From assembly GCA_038231395.1 (NCBI GenBank), contig JBBRLL010000004.1, positions 980 to 64,979 of the forward strand: 64,000 nt of DNA, read 5' to 3'. Origin of the DNA: Rhodobacterales bacterium (GTDB lineage: Bacteria; Pseudomonadota; Alphaproteobacteria; Rhodobacterales; Rhodobacteraceae). Below the pieces are notes generated by a model. It was not told the origin of the DNA, ran no database searches, and saw nothing but the letters and a program-made list of their open reading frames with translations. The position numbers and the translations under genes were made by a program. Positions within the stretch are counted from its first letter, which is position 1; each line of letters opens with the position of its first letter. Shown one piece after another: positions 17,374-26,085 of this stretch.

Positions 17374-18927
17374 TCATCCGCGTCTCCACTGGTGGAACCG
17401 GGCCGACAGACGCAGGGCGAGCGGGTTCACGTGCGCTTTGCGCCAAACGCCTGCGGCGAATTTGTTCGCCTCCGCCAAGGTGGGATAGATGTGGATGGTG
17501 CCAAGGATCTTGCCCAGCCCCAACCCGTGTTTCATCGCCAGCACAAATTCCGCGATCAGGTCGCCGGCATGCTCTCCCACCAGCGTCACGCCAAGGATGC
17601 GGTCGCGGCCGGGAACCGTCAGCACTTTGACAAACCCCTCGGTGGTGCCATCGGTGATCGCGCGGTCAAGGTCGTCAAGACCGTAAAGTGAGACCTCGTA
17701 AGGAATGCCCTTTTCCTTAGCCTCGGCTTCCGACAGGCCAACCCGGGCCACTTCGGGGTCACAGAAAGTCGCCCAAGGGATCACCCGGTAGTCCACCTTG
17801 AAGCGTTTGACGCTGCCGAACAAAGCGTTGACAGCGGCAAACCAGGCCTGATGGCTGGCGGTGTGGGTGAATTGATAGGGTCCGGCCACGTCACCGCAGG
17901 CGAGGATATTGGGGTAGATCGTCTCCAGATATTCGTTGGTTTCGATGACGTGGTTGACGCCAATCCCCAATTCCTCCAGCCCGAAGCCGGTCAGCCGGGG
18001 CGCGCGACCGATGGCCAGCAAAAGGTCGTCGAACGGCAGGCGGGAGGTTTGGCCAAGATGCTCAACCTCCACCCACTTTTGCCCGTCGGACACACCGCAG
18101 GCCACGGCCTTGTGTCCCGTCAGCACCTGCACACCGTCGCGTTCAAGACTGGCCTGAACCAGCGCCGACACTTCGACATCCTCACGCGGCAACAGGCGCG
18201 GCCCGGCCTGAACTTGCGTGACCGCAGAGCCTAGCCTTGCAAAAGCCTGCGACAGTTCGGTGCCAATCGGTCCGCCGCCAAGGACGACCAGCCGTTTGGG
18301 AGGATCGGTTCGGCTGCCCAGCTTGTCCCACAGCGTGTCAGAGGTCAGAAAATCCACCGCCTCCAACCCCGGAAAGTCCGGTACGACCGGAGCGGCACCG
18401 GTGGCGATGATGACGGCGCGGGTGGTCAGGCGCTGCATCTGGCCGCCCGGATCGGTGATTTCCACGGTCCACGGGTCGATCAGGGTGGCGTGGCCCAGCA
18501 GAACCTCCACCCCCAGTTCGGTATAGCGCGCCACGCTGTCATGCGGTTCGATGTCTGCAATAACACGGCGGAGCCGCTCCATCACCTTGGCAAACGACAG
18601 GTGAGGGGTTGCAGGCTCCAACCCATAATCATCCGCGTGCCGCATCTGATGCGCCAGTTTCGCGCTGCGGATCAGGGCTTTGGAGGGCACGCAGCCCGTG
18701 TTCAGACAATCGCCGCCCATCAGGTGCGCCTCTACCAGCGTGACCTTGGCCTTGGTGGCGGCGGCAATATAGGCCGAGACGAGGCCTGCGGACCCACCGC
18801 CGATCACAATCAGATTGCGGTCGAATTTCGCAGGCTTGGTCCAACGGGCTTGTGCATCAGCGTTGGAAACGGGGCGGTTTGGCCAAGCCATGCGGTTCAT
18901 CCAAAGTAACGGTGCCATACAGGGCAA
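17374..18927 (-). CDS. FAD-dependent pyridine nucleotide-disulfide oxidoreductase (dihydrolipoamide dehydrogenase / mercuric reductase-like class I)
   Basis: IVIGGGSAGLV dinucleotide fold, redox-active disulfide GGDCLNTGCVPSK, C-terminal HIYPTLAE His-Glu pair. The start is possibly at 18900 (MNRMAWPN). Confidence 0.85.
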   Translation of the reverse strand: MPCMAPLLWMNRMAWPNRPVSNADAQARWTKPAKFDRNLIVIGGGSAGLVSAYIAAATKAKVTLVEAHLMGGDCLNTGCVPSKALIRSAKLAHQMRHADDYGLEPATPHLSFAKVMERLRRVIADIEPHDSVARYTELGVEVLLGHATLIDPWTVEITDPGGQMQRLTTRAVIIATGAAPVVPDFPGLEAVDFLTSDTLWDKLGSRTDPPKRLVVLGGGPIGTELSQAFARLGSAVTQVQAGPRLLPREDVEVSALVQASLERDGVQVLTGHKAVACGVSDGQKWVEVEHLGQTSRLPFDDLLLAIGRAPRLTGFGLEELGIGVNHVIETNEYLETIYPNILACGDVAGPYQFTHTASHQAWFAAVNALFGSVKRFKVDYRVIPWATFCDPEVARVGLSEAEAKEKGIPYEVSLYGLDDLDRAITDGTTEGFVKVLTVPGRDRILGVTLVGEHAGDLIAEFVLAMKHGLGLGKILGTIHIYPTLAEANKFAAGVWRKAHVNPLALRLSARFHQWRRG

Positions 18928-19007
18928 GGGCCAGACCTAGCGCAGACGGGCTTGGGCGGAAAGGCCCTTGGGTCGGACCGTGGACCGCAAAAGCCAACCG
19001 GCTCATG

Positions 19008-19421
19008 TCAGGCGGTTGCAGCCCCCAATGCCGTATTCATCAGCGCCTTGATCTGCTCGACGCTGGTGCCGTCGAGAATGCGGCCAAGTTCGGTCTTGCC
19101 TTTGAGTGCGACAATCGTGGATCTGGCCGGGATTTGCAGCGCCTTGGCCAGATCGCCGTCGGCATAGATGTCCCAATCGACCGTGATGAAGGTCATCGCC
19201 TTGTCATAGGCCGGATTGCCGTCGCGCAGCTTTTCGATGACGCGAAGCTGGGCGGCGCAGGTCGGGCACCAGTTGGTCCAGAAGTTGATGAAGATCACCT
19301 TGCCGGCGTCCATGGCTTTTTCGGCAACTCCGGGTGTGTAGAACACCCGGTTCGCAGCCCAGACAGGCCGCGGCATGGCAAGGGTGACGGGAAGCAGGCT
19401 TAGAAACTCACGGCGTTTCAT
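19008..19421 (-). CDS. Periplasmic thioredoxin-fold protein (TlpA/SoxW-like) with a twin-arginine signal peptide
   Basis: MKRREFLSLLPVTLAMPRPVWA-AN has the RRxFL Tat motif and an AxA-type cleavage site. Active site WCPTC. Confidence 0.8.
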   Translation of the reverse strand: MKRREFLSLLPVTLAMPRPVWAANRVFYTPGVAEKAMDAGKVIFINFWTNWCPTCAAQLRVIEKLRDGNPAYDKAMTFITVDWDIYADGDLAKALQIPARSTIVALKGKTELGRILDGTSVEQIKALMNTALGAATA

Positions 19422-19430
19422 GGGATTTCC

Positions 19431-19466
19431 TTTCGGTGGGTATCAGATTTTCGGTGGGTATCAGAT
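19431..19466. repeat. Perfect 18-bp tandem duplication (tttcggtgggtatcagat x2) in the ccdA-thioredoxin spacer
   Basis: Read directly. It ends 10 nt from the thioredoxin start codon and abuts its AAGGA Shine-Dalgarno on the gene strand. Confidence 0.9.
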
Positions 19467-19511
19467 TTTAGAAAGCCAGATGTGCGGATGACAAAACGGC
19501 AGGATGCCGGA

Positions 19512-20225
19512 TCAGAGGACGACAGAGAAATCGACCAACCAAACCGGCAGGATCGACAGGACCCACGCCTCGATCGGGCGGTTGAGGTGGAAGAACAGCG
19601 CGGCCCCGACTGCGAAAAACACAATCCCCATGATCGGCTTGGCGCGGCTTGCCACTTGGCGCAGCACCGCCTGCCTGCGTTTGAGGGCGGCACGCGCGCC
19701 GTAGGCAAGGCCAAGGATCAGCGTCGAGACGCCCAAGGCAAAGGCCACCATCGTCGCTCCGGCCTGAAGAACGCTTTTGCCTTGGGCGGCAAGACCTACG
19801 GCAGCCCCCAAGGTCGGGCCGATGCAAGGGCTCCACACCGCACCCAGAAGGGCACCGCCAAGAACCTGTCCGGCCAGGCCCGCATCGGACGAGGCCGAAA
19901 TTCCTGCGTCGGCCCGCGCGGCAAAGCCTGCGGTCGCCGTGGCAAACCGCTCTCCCAAAGCTGGCGTCAAAAGGACGACGCCGAAGACCATCATCATCAG
20001 CGCGGCCGCACGCGACACCGTCTCACTTCCCAGCCCAAGTGCCGGTCCAAGGGTGGCCACCGCCAAACCCAGCACCACAAAACTGATGCTCATCCCCAGT
20101 GCCAAGGCGATTGGTGCCCGCCGGTCCGCCCGCAGGCTGGAGGTCAGCACGATGGGCAAGATTGGCAGGACGCAGGGGTTGATCAGCGTCAGAAGACCGG
20201 CAAGATAGGCAAAGATCAGGAACAT
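19512..20225 (-). CDS. ccdA: CcdA/DsbD-family thiol:disulfide electron-transfer membrane protein
   Basis: MFLIFAYLAGLLTLINPCVLPILPIV, with a second conserved Cys in GAVWSPCIGPTLG. About 6 TM segments. Confidence 0.85.
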   Translation of the reverse strand: MFLIFAYLAGLLTLINPCVLPILPIVLTSSLRADRRAPIALALGMSISFVVLGLAVATLGPALGLGSETVSRAAALMMMVFGVVLLTPALGERFATATAGFAARADAGISASSDAGLAGQVLGGALLGAVWSPCIGPTLGAAVGLAAQGKSVLQAGATMVAFALGVSTLILGLAYGARAALKRRQAVLRQVASRAKPIMGIVFFAVGAALFFHLNRPIEAWVLSILPVWLVDFSVVL

Positions 20226-20243
20226 AGCGTGCTCCGGTTGGGG

Positions 20244-20798
20244 TCAGCCATGGGCCATGGCCGATTTGGGCCACAGCCGGTAGATCAGCGCATCAACCGA
20301 GATTGCACCACCGCCGGTCACCATCAGCACCAGCATCAGGCTGCTCCACAACAGGCGTTGATCAAGGATCAGGCCGTAGGGGTCGCCGTCAAACAGGGCT
20401 CCGATGGTTTTGGCGTCAATCCCGTGGCCGTAGATGTCAGTCAGGCTCATCACGACGAAAAAGCCGATCATTCCGAACGCGGCCAACCGGGTGGCCACGC
20501 CCGCCACGACCATCAGCGGCAGGATAATTTCGCCCAGGGTGCCCGCCAGAACCACCAGATACAGCGGCCACGAGATGCCGGACGCGTCATAGCCCAATTC
20601 CTCGATCTGCTTGGGCAGGATTTGTGCATAGGCCCCGATGGACAGGCCGGAACCGTCAACCTTCGTCAGGAATGAGTTGACAAAGAACTGCAGCAGGACG
20701 GAGGCGAAGATCAACCGCGCCATCAGCGACAAGGCAGACCCCAAATTGGGCGACACTTCGGCGGAGGGCGAGAACAGCATGGCCAGTTTGTTCAGCAC
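20244..20798 (-). CDS. DoxX-family membrane protein
   Basis: Four hydrophobic segments. ARLIFASVLLQFF ... GEIILPLMVVAGVATRLAAFGMIGFFVV is typical of DoxX. It lies 18 nt upstream of ccdA. Confidence 0.65.
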   Translation of the reverse strand: MLNKLAMLFSPSAEVSPNLGSALSLMARLIFASVLLQFFVNSFLTKVDGSGLSIGAYAQILPKQIEELGYDASGISWPLYLVVLAGTLGEIILPLMVVAGVATRLAAFGMIGFFVVMSLTDIYGHGIDAKTIGALFDGDPYGLILDQRLLWSSLMLVLMVTGGGAISVDALIYRLWPKSAMAHG

Positions 20799-21007
20799 GG
20801 GGAATGTCCTTGAGCAGGGTTGCGTATAAGTGAGTTCGGCGGAAACTAGCCTTTGTTACATCTTTTATAAAGGCATAAGCGGCCCGCAGCGTCATGCCAG
20901 CCGTTTCAAAGCGATTTTGGGCGTGTATGGCAGCGCCGGTAGCTTGGTCCGCCGGCGCTTGGTTTTTGGGTCTGACCGGGTCCCGGAACATTCCGGGCAT
21001 CACGCAT

Positions 21008-21049
21008 TCAAAAAGCAATCGGGCGCTGCAATGGCTTGCAGCGCCCGAT
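21008..21049 (-). terminator. Rho-independent terminator of the giant RTX gene
   Basis: 13-bp stem atcgggcgctgca / tgcagcgcccgat with a 6-nt loop. On the minus strand it is followed by ttgcttttt. Confidence 0.75.
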
Positions 21050-21073
21050 TTCGTTGCGTTCAAAGTGCGGAGG

Positions 21074-24000
21074 TCAGGTCCACATGAAGTCGGTGATCGT
21101 CATCTGCGTGGCATCGGTCAGGCCGGTCATCGTGATCGTGATGTCCGTCGTGGAGTTGCCGTCCACGTCGACCCAGACCTGGTTGCCGACCACACGGGCT
21201 TCGGAATGCAACCCGCCGGAGAAGGCCGAGGCCCCCACATAGGCGAAGGTGCCGACCAGCAGGCCGCGGAAGTCCAGCACGTCGCCCTGCGCCGGGTTGC
21301 CCAGGAAGTCAGTGGCCAGGTGGCCGCTGAAGTCGGTGATGGTGTCAACCGCGCCCGGGTTGACCTGGGTGAAGACAAAGTGATCCGCTCCGGCACCGCC
21401 TGTCATCGTATCGTTGCCCAGCCCGCCCGTCAGCGCGTTTGCCATCGCGTTGCCGATCAGGTTGTTTGCAGCGGTGTTGCCGGTTCCGTCGATCACGGCT
21501 GTGCCTGTCAGCGTCAGGTTCTCGAAGTTGGCGGCCAGCGTCCAAGTGACGGAAGAGTTCACCGTGTCGATGCCGCTGCTGGTCGCTTCGACCAGAACGT
21601 CGTTGGCAGAGTCGACGATGTAAGTGTCGTTTCCGCTGCCGCCATTCAGCAAGTCGTTGCCGGTGCCGCCATCCAGAGTGTCATTGCCGGAACCGCCGTA
21701 GATCGTGTCATCGCCACCTGCGCCGCCAAGCACGTTGTCGCTGCCGGTGCCGGTGATGGTGTTGGCCAGACCGTTGCCGGTGCCAAGGAAGGCAGAGGTT
21801 CCGGTAAGGATCAGGTTCTCGAAGTTGCTGCCCAACGTCCAGCTGACAGAGCTTTGCACGGTATCGGTGCCATTGCCTGCCGTTTCAGTCGCAACATCGG
21901 TGGTCGAGTCGATGACATAAGTGTCGTCGCCCGAACCCCCTGCCAGTGAGTCATTTCCGGTGCCGCCATCCAGCGAGTCGTTACCGGCCCCGCCGAACAG
22001 CGTGTCGTTTCCGACCAGACCGAACAGCTTGTTGTCCAGAAGGTCGCCGGTCAGCACGTTGTTCAGCGTGTTGCCCGAGCCGTTGAGCGCAGACCCGGTC
22101 AGGATCAGGTTCTCAACGTTGGTGGCAAGGGCATTCAGGGTAATCGACGACGACACGGTATCGGTGCCTGCCGCCAAAGCCTCGACCACGTTGTCCGAGA
22201 TGCTGTCAACGAAGTAGGTGTCGTTGCCATTGCCGCCGGTCATCTGGTCGTTGCCGGTGCCACCGTCCAGTGTGTCAAAGCCGTCGCCACCGAACAGGCT
22301 GTCGTTGCCGTCAAGCCCGGAAAGGAAGTTGTTTCCGGTGTTGCCGGTGATCACGTTGGCCACGGCGTTGCCGGTCGCGTCCGTACCACCAGTTCCGGTC
22401 AGGGTTAGGTTTTCCGTGAAATCGGCCAAGGTCCAAGTGACGGACGACTGCACGGTATCGGTGCCGCCGGTGGAGGTCTCGACAATCGCGTCGTTGATGG
22501 TGTTCACGACATAGGTGTCGTTGCCATCGCCGCCGATCAGGCTGTCATTGCCGGTGCCGCCGTCAAGGGTGTCGTTGCCTGCGCCGCCGTAAATGGTGTC
22601 GTCGTTGGCCAGACCGGCCAGAAGGTTGGCGCCCGCGTTGCCTGTCAGGATGTTCGCCACGTTGGACCCGGTGCCGCTGAGGGCGCTGGTTCCGGTCAGG
22701 GTCAGGTTCTCCACATCGGCGCTGAGCGTGAAGGTGGCTGACGAGATCACGCTGTCAGTCCCGGCACCCGAAGCTTCGAAAATGATGTCGGTGGACGAGT
22801 CGACAAGGTAGGTGTCGTCGCCGGTGCCGCCGATCAGACTGTCGTTGCCGAACCCGCCATCCAGTGTGTCGTTGCCACTCAGACCGAGCATGGTGTCGTT
22901 ACCCGCCCCGCCGGCCAGAGTGTTGTCCGAGGTGTTGCCGGTGATCGTGTTCGCAGAACCGCTGCCGATGCCGCTGATGACCCCGGCGGCGAGTGTCAGG
23001 TTTTCGATGTTGAGCACGGTGGCCAGCGAGTAGTTGATTGACGCCACGATCGTATCGGTGCCGCCGATGGTAGCCTCGGTGATCACGTCGGTCAGGCTGT
23101 CGACGATGTAAGTGTCATCACCGTTGCCGCCGACCATCGAGTCATTGCCGGTGCCGCCGTCCAGAGTGTCGTTGCCGTCGCCGGCTATGATCGTGTCGTT
23201 GCCGATACCGCCGGACAAAAGGTTGTTGCCGATGTTGCCGGTCAGAACGTTGGCGACATCGCTGCCGGTGCCGTTGATGTTGCCGGTGCCGCTGAGCGTC
23301 AGGTTCTCAAGGTTGACCCCCAGAGTGTAGCTGTAACCTGCCACAACCGTATCGGTGCCAGCGCTGGCCCCTTCGACGATGATGTCGTTGGCGTTGTCCA
23401 CCACGTAGGTGTTGTTGCCGGTGCCGCCGATCAGGCTGTCATTGCCTGCGCCGCCATCCAGCGTGTCATTGCCGGTGCCGCCGCTCAGCGTATCGTTGCC
23501 GTCCAGGCCGAACAGCGCGTTGTTGCTGCCGTTGCCGGTGATCACGTTGTCGTTGGTGTTGCCTGTGCCGACAATGGCCGTGGCCAGGGTCAGGGTCAGG
23601 TTTTCGACAAAAGCCGACAGCGTGTAGCTGACCGAGGCGTTGACCGTGTCGTTGCCGCCGCCCGAGAGTTCGATAACCTGATCGCCCGCGCTTTCCACAA
23701 TGTAGGTGTCCGAACCGCCGCCGCCGGTCATCTGGTCGTTGCCCGAGCCGCCATCCAGCGTGTCGTTGCCGCCACCGCCATACAAGGTGTCATCTCCGGA
23801 CAAAGCCATCAGCAGGTTGGCGCCAGAGTTGCCGGTCAGAACGTTGATGCCGGTGGTGCCGGTGCCGTTGATGGCAAGCGTTCCGGTCAGGATCAGGTTT
23901 TCAAGGTTGTTGCCAAGCCCGTAGGTGATCGAAGAGTTGACCGTGTCGACGCCGGTGCCGACGCCGGACAATTCAGTGATGACGTCGGTGGATTTATCGA

Positions 24001-25765
24001 CGAAGTACGTGTCGTCGCCCAGTCCCCCGGCCATGGTATCGTTGCCCGAGCCGCCATCCAGCGTGTCGTTGCCGGCACCGCCGCTTATGTTGTCATTGCC
24101 GCTCAGACCGGTCAGAAGGTTGGCAGCGCTGTTGCCGATCATGACGTTATCGGCCACGTTGCCTGTGCCGTTGACGGCATCGGTACCGGTCAGGGTCAGG
24201 TTTTCGACAAAGTTGCCAAGCGTGTAGGCGAGGGCCGTCTGAACGGTATCGACACCCTCCAGTGTGACTTCGACCACGACATCCGTGGCGCTGTCGACGA
24301 TGTAGGTGTCGTTGCCGATACCGCCGACCATGCTGTCATTGCCGGTGCCGCCGTCCAGGGTGTCGTTGCCGCCCATGCCCATCAGCGTGTCATCGCCGCC
24401 CAGACCCTGCAGAAGGTTCGCTCCCATAGCGCCAAAGACGATGCCGGTGCTGGTGTTGCCGATGATCAGGTTGTTGGCGGCGTTGCCGGTGCCGGTCAGG
24501 TCCGTGTTGCCGGTCAAGGTCAGGTTTTCAAAGTTCGTGGCCAGCGTGTAGTTGAACTTGGATTGCACCGTGTCGGTGCCTTCGCCGGCATTCTCAACCA
24601 GAACGTTGGACAGGACATCCACGACGTAGGTGTCATTGCCGACGCCACCGTACAGCGAATCCGAGCCGGCTAGCGAGTCCGCGTTGCCCATCGCGGTCAG
24701 GGTGTCATCGCCGACGCCGCCGAACAGCTGGTTGACAATGCTGTCACCCTGCAACGTGTCGTTGAAGGCCGAACCGATGACATTCTCAATCCCGTGGACG
24801 TTGTCGCCGGTCGCGTCGCCGCCATCGCCAAAGCCGGTAAAGAGGCTCAGGTTCACCGCAGCGGTCGAGCTGGCATAGGACAGGGTATCGACGCCTGCGT
24901 TGCCTTCGATCGTGTCCGAACCAGCACCACCGATGATGAAGTTGGCGCTTGCGTTGCCGGTCAGGCTGTCCGCGCCGGCCGAGCCGGTGATGTTGGAGAT
25001 GCCGGTGAACACGTCGCCATCGGCGTCGCCGCCCGAAGCGGTGCCAGCCGTCAGGTCAATCGAGACCCCAAGCGATGAGGTGCTGTAGCTCAGCGTATCG
25101 ACGCCGCCACCACCGGTGATGCTGTCAGCCCCGGCGCCGCCCGTGAAGGTGTTGTTGTTGGTATCGCCGATCAGCGTGTCGTTCAGGGCAGTGCCCACAA
25201 CGTTCTCGATGCTGACAAGCGTATCGGTGCCTTCCGAGCTGCCAGTGGCGGTTTGCGTCAACAGGTTGACCGTCACAGCGGTGGTCGAGCCGCTAAGGTC
25301 ATACGTGTCCGACCCGAGGCCGCCGTTGATGATGTCGTTGCCTGCGCCGCCGACAAACCAGTCGTCACCTGCGCCGCCAAACAGGCTGTCGTTGCCCGCG
25401 CCACCCAAAAGGACGTTGTCGCCCGCGTCGCCGGTGATGTTGTCGGACAGGGATGATCCGATGATCTTCTCGATGGTGAACAGCGTGTCGCCTGCCGCGT
25501 CGCCGCCGGTGTTGATGTTGGTCAGCAAGTTGATTGTCACGGCCGCAGCCGAGGCCGAATAGTCTGCCGTGTCAAACCCGGCGCCGCCGTCAAGAATGTC
25601 GTTGCCCGCTCCACCGATCAGCGTGTCGTCGCCAATGCCGCCATAGATCGAGTCGTTGCCGGTCAGACCCGACAGCAGGTCATTGCCGTCGATCCCGGTG
25701 ATCAGGTCGTCGCCGGCACCGCCGGTCAGAATGTCGTTTCCAATAGTTCCTGGGATAATCGCCAT
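21074..25765 (-). CDS. Giant RTX-type calcium-binding repeat protein (1563 aa), probable type I secretion substrate or adhesin
   Basis: Dozens of GGxGxD nonapeptides (GGAGNDTLDGGTGNDS). The C-terminal region FAYVGASAFSG...VDVDGNSTTD...ITDFMWT resembles a serralysin-type C-terminal domain. I trimmed the start to MAIIPGTIGND at 25765, which has a GGAGAA Shine-Dalgarno. Confidence 0.9.
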   Translation of the reverse strand: MAIIPGTIGNDILTGGAGDDLITGIDGNDLLSGLTGNDSIYGGIGDDTLIGGAGNDILDGGAGFDTADYSASAAAVTINLLTNINTGGDAAGDTLFTIEKIIGSSLSDNITGDAGDNVLLGGAGNDSLFGGAGDDWFVGGAGNDIINGGLGSDTYDLSGSTTAVTVNLLTQTATGSSEGTDTLVSIENVVGTALNDTLIGDTNNNTFTGGAGADSITGGGGVDTLSYSTSSLGVSIDLTAGTASGGDADGDVFTGISNITGSAGADSLTGNASANFIIGGAGSDTIEGNAGVDTLSYASSTAAVNLSLFTGFGDGGDATGDNVHGIENVIGSAFNDTLQGDSIVNQLFGGVGDDTLTAMGNADSLAGSDSLYGGVGNDTYVVDVLSNVLVENAGEGTDTVQSKFNYTLATNFENLTLTGNTDLTGTGNAANNLIIGNTSTGIVFGAMGANLLQGLGGDDTLMGMGGNDTLDGGTGNDSMVGGIGNDTYIVDSATDVVVEVTLEGVDTVQTALAYTLGNFVENLTLTGTDAVNGTGNVADNVMIGNSAANLLTGLSGNDNISGGAGNDTLDGGSGNDTMAGGLGDDTYFVDKSTDVITELSGVGTGVDTVNSSITYGLGNNLENLILTGTLAINGTGTTGINVLTGNSGANLLMALSGDDTLYGGGGNDTLDGGSGNDQMTGGGGSDTYIVESAGDQVIELSGGGNDTVNASVSYTLSAFVENLTLTLATAIVGTGNTNDNVITGNGSNNALFGLDGNDTLSGGTGNDTLDGGAGNDSLIGGTGNNTYVVDNANDIIVEGASAGTDTVVAGYSYTLGVNLENLTLSGTGNINGTGSDVANVLTGNIGNNLLSGGIGNDTIIAGDGNDTLDGGTGNDSMVGGNGDDTYIVDSLTDVITEATIGGTDTIVASINYSLATVLNIENLTLAAGVISGIGSGSANTITGNTSDNTLAGGAGNDTMLGLSGNDTLDGGFGNDSLIGGTGDDTYLVDSSTDIIFEASGAGTDSVISSATFTLSADVENLTLTGTSALSGTGSNVANILTGNAGANLLAGLANDDTIYGGAGNDTLDGGTGNDSLIGGDGNDTYVVNTINDAIVETSTGGTDTVQSSVTWTLADFTENLTLTGTGGTDATGNAVANVITGNTGNNFLSGLDGNDSLFGGDGFDTLDGGTGNDQMTGGNGNDTYFVDSISDNVVEALAAGTDTVSSSITLNALATNVENLILTGSALNGSGNTLNNVLTGDLLDNKLFGLVGNDTLFGGAGNDSLDGGTGNDSLAGGSGDDTYVIDSTTDVATETAGNGTDTVQSSVSWTLGSNFENLILTGTSAFLGTGNGLANTITGTGSDNVLGGAGGDDTIYGGSGNDTLDGGTGNDLLNGGSGNDTYIVDSANDVLVEATSSGIDTVNSSVTWTLAANFENLTLTGTAVIDGTGNTAANNLIGNAMANALTGGLGNDTMTGGAGADHFVFTQVNPGAVDTITDFSGHLATDFLGNPAQGDVLDFRGLLVGTFAYVGASAFSGGLHSEARVVGNQVWVDVDGNSTTDITITMTGLTDATQMTITDFMWT
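21371..24660 (-). repeat. 11 tandem modules of about 99 aa (297-300 nt) within the RTX CDS
   Basis: Each module reads GxGNDTYxVDxxxDxxxExxxxGxDTVxSSxxxTLxxNxENLxLTGxxxxxGTGNxxxNxxxGNxxxNxLxGxxGNDxLxGGxGNDxLDGGxGND. The same periodicity shows up as antisense ORFs starting every 297-300 nt (21921, 22218, 22812, 23112, 23409, 23706). Confidence 0.9.
24660..25700 (-). repeat. 4 N-terminal modules of a second type (about 75-80 aa) within the RTX CDS
   Basis: The pattern GxD(T)xxYxxSxxxVxxxLxxxxxxGGxAxGDxxxxIExxxGSxxxDxLxG recurs four times: DTADYSASAAAVTINL, DTYDLSGSTTAVTVNL, DTLSYSTSSLGVSIDL, DTLSYASSTAAVNLSL. Confidence 0.75.
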
Positions 25766-26085
25766 TTTGGTTCTCCATGTGAAGGTTGGGACGCCGGGAT
25801 GTTGGCGTGCAGCTTGACGATGGGATACAGACCGGTTGAGGCGGAAATTTGGCTGGTCCTTTGCGGAGCGTCGGCAAATCGGGCACATTTGCGGCACCCT
25901 GCCTTTATCTAAATTTATGGGAATCAACCCGAATGCGGTCTGAAAAGGCGCGTGTTCTGCAACAGTCCCGCCTATTGAGCCGGACTGTCAAAGGTTTGGT
26001 CTTTGAACCCCGGCATGGACGATCGGCAGGTTTTGCAGTACGAGCGCGGCTAAAGCCACAATCTACCCAAACGGAGACAAAAGGC

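Noticed and set aside
20894-21949. A 351-aa plus-strand ORF spanning the doxX-RTX spacer and the RTX 3' end.
   Set aside because: It runs through the strong minus-strand terminator hairpin and then antisense to the RTX C-terminal domain. Its translation is low-complexity (Val/Ala/Gly/Arg-rich) with no motifs.
21414-25562. A regular series of plus-strand ORFs, most of them 70-100 aa and beginning MSSP/MSLP...PP..., spaced 297-300 nt apart opposite the giant RTX gene.
   Set aside because: They are the antisense reading of the GGxGxD/GNDT repeats (Gly/Asn/Asp codons read backwards as Pro/Ser/Val). The periodicity simply mirrors the 99-aa modules of the real minus-strand gene.
25849-26085. The 79-aa N-terminal extension of dusA implied by the longest ORF (start 25849), which would overlap the promoter region of the divergent RTX gene.
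   Set aside because: The extension has no DusA-like sequence. An internal GTG at 26086 has a GGAGA Shine-Dalgarno at proper spacing and gives a protein of normal DusA length.
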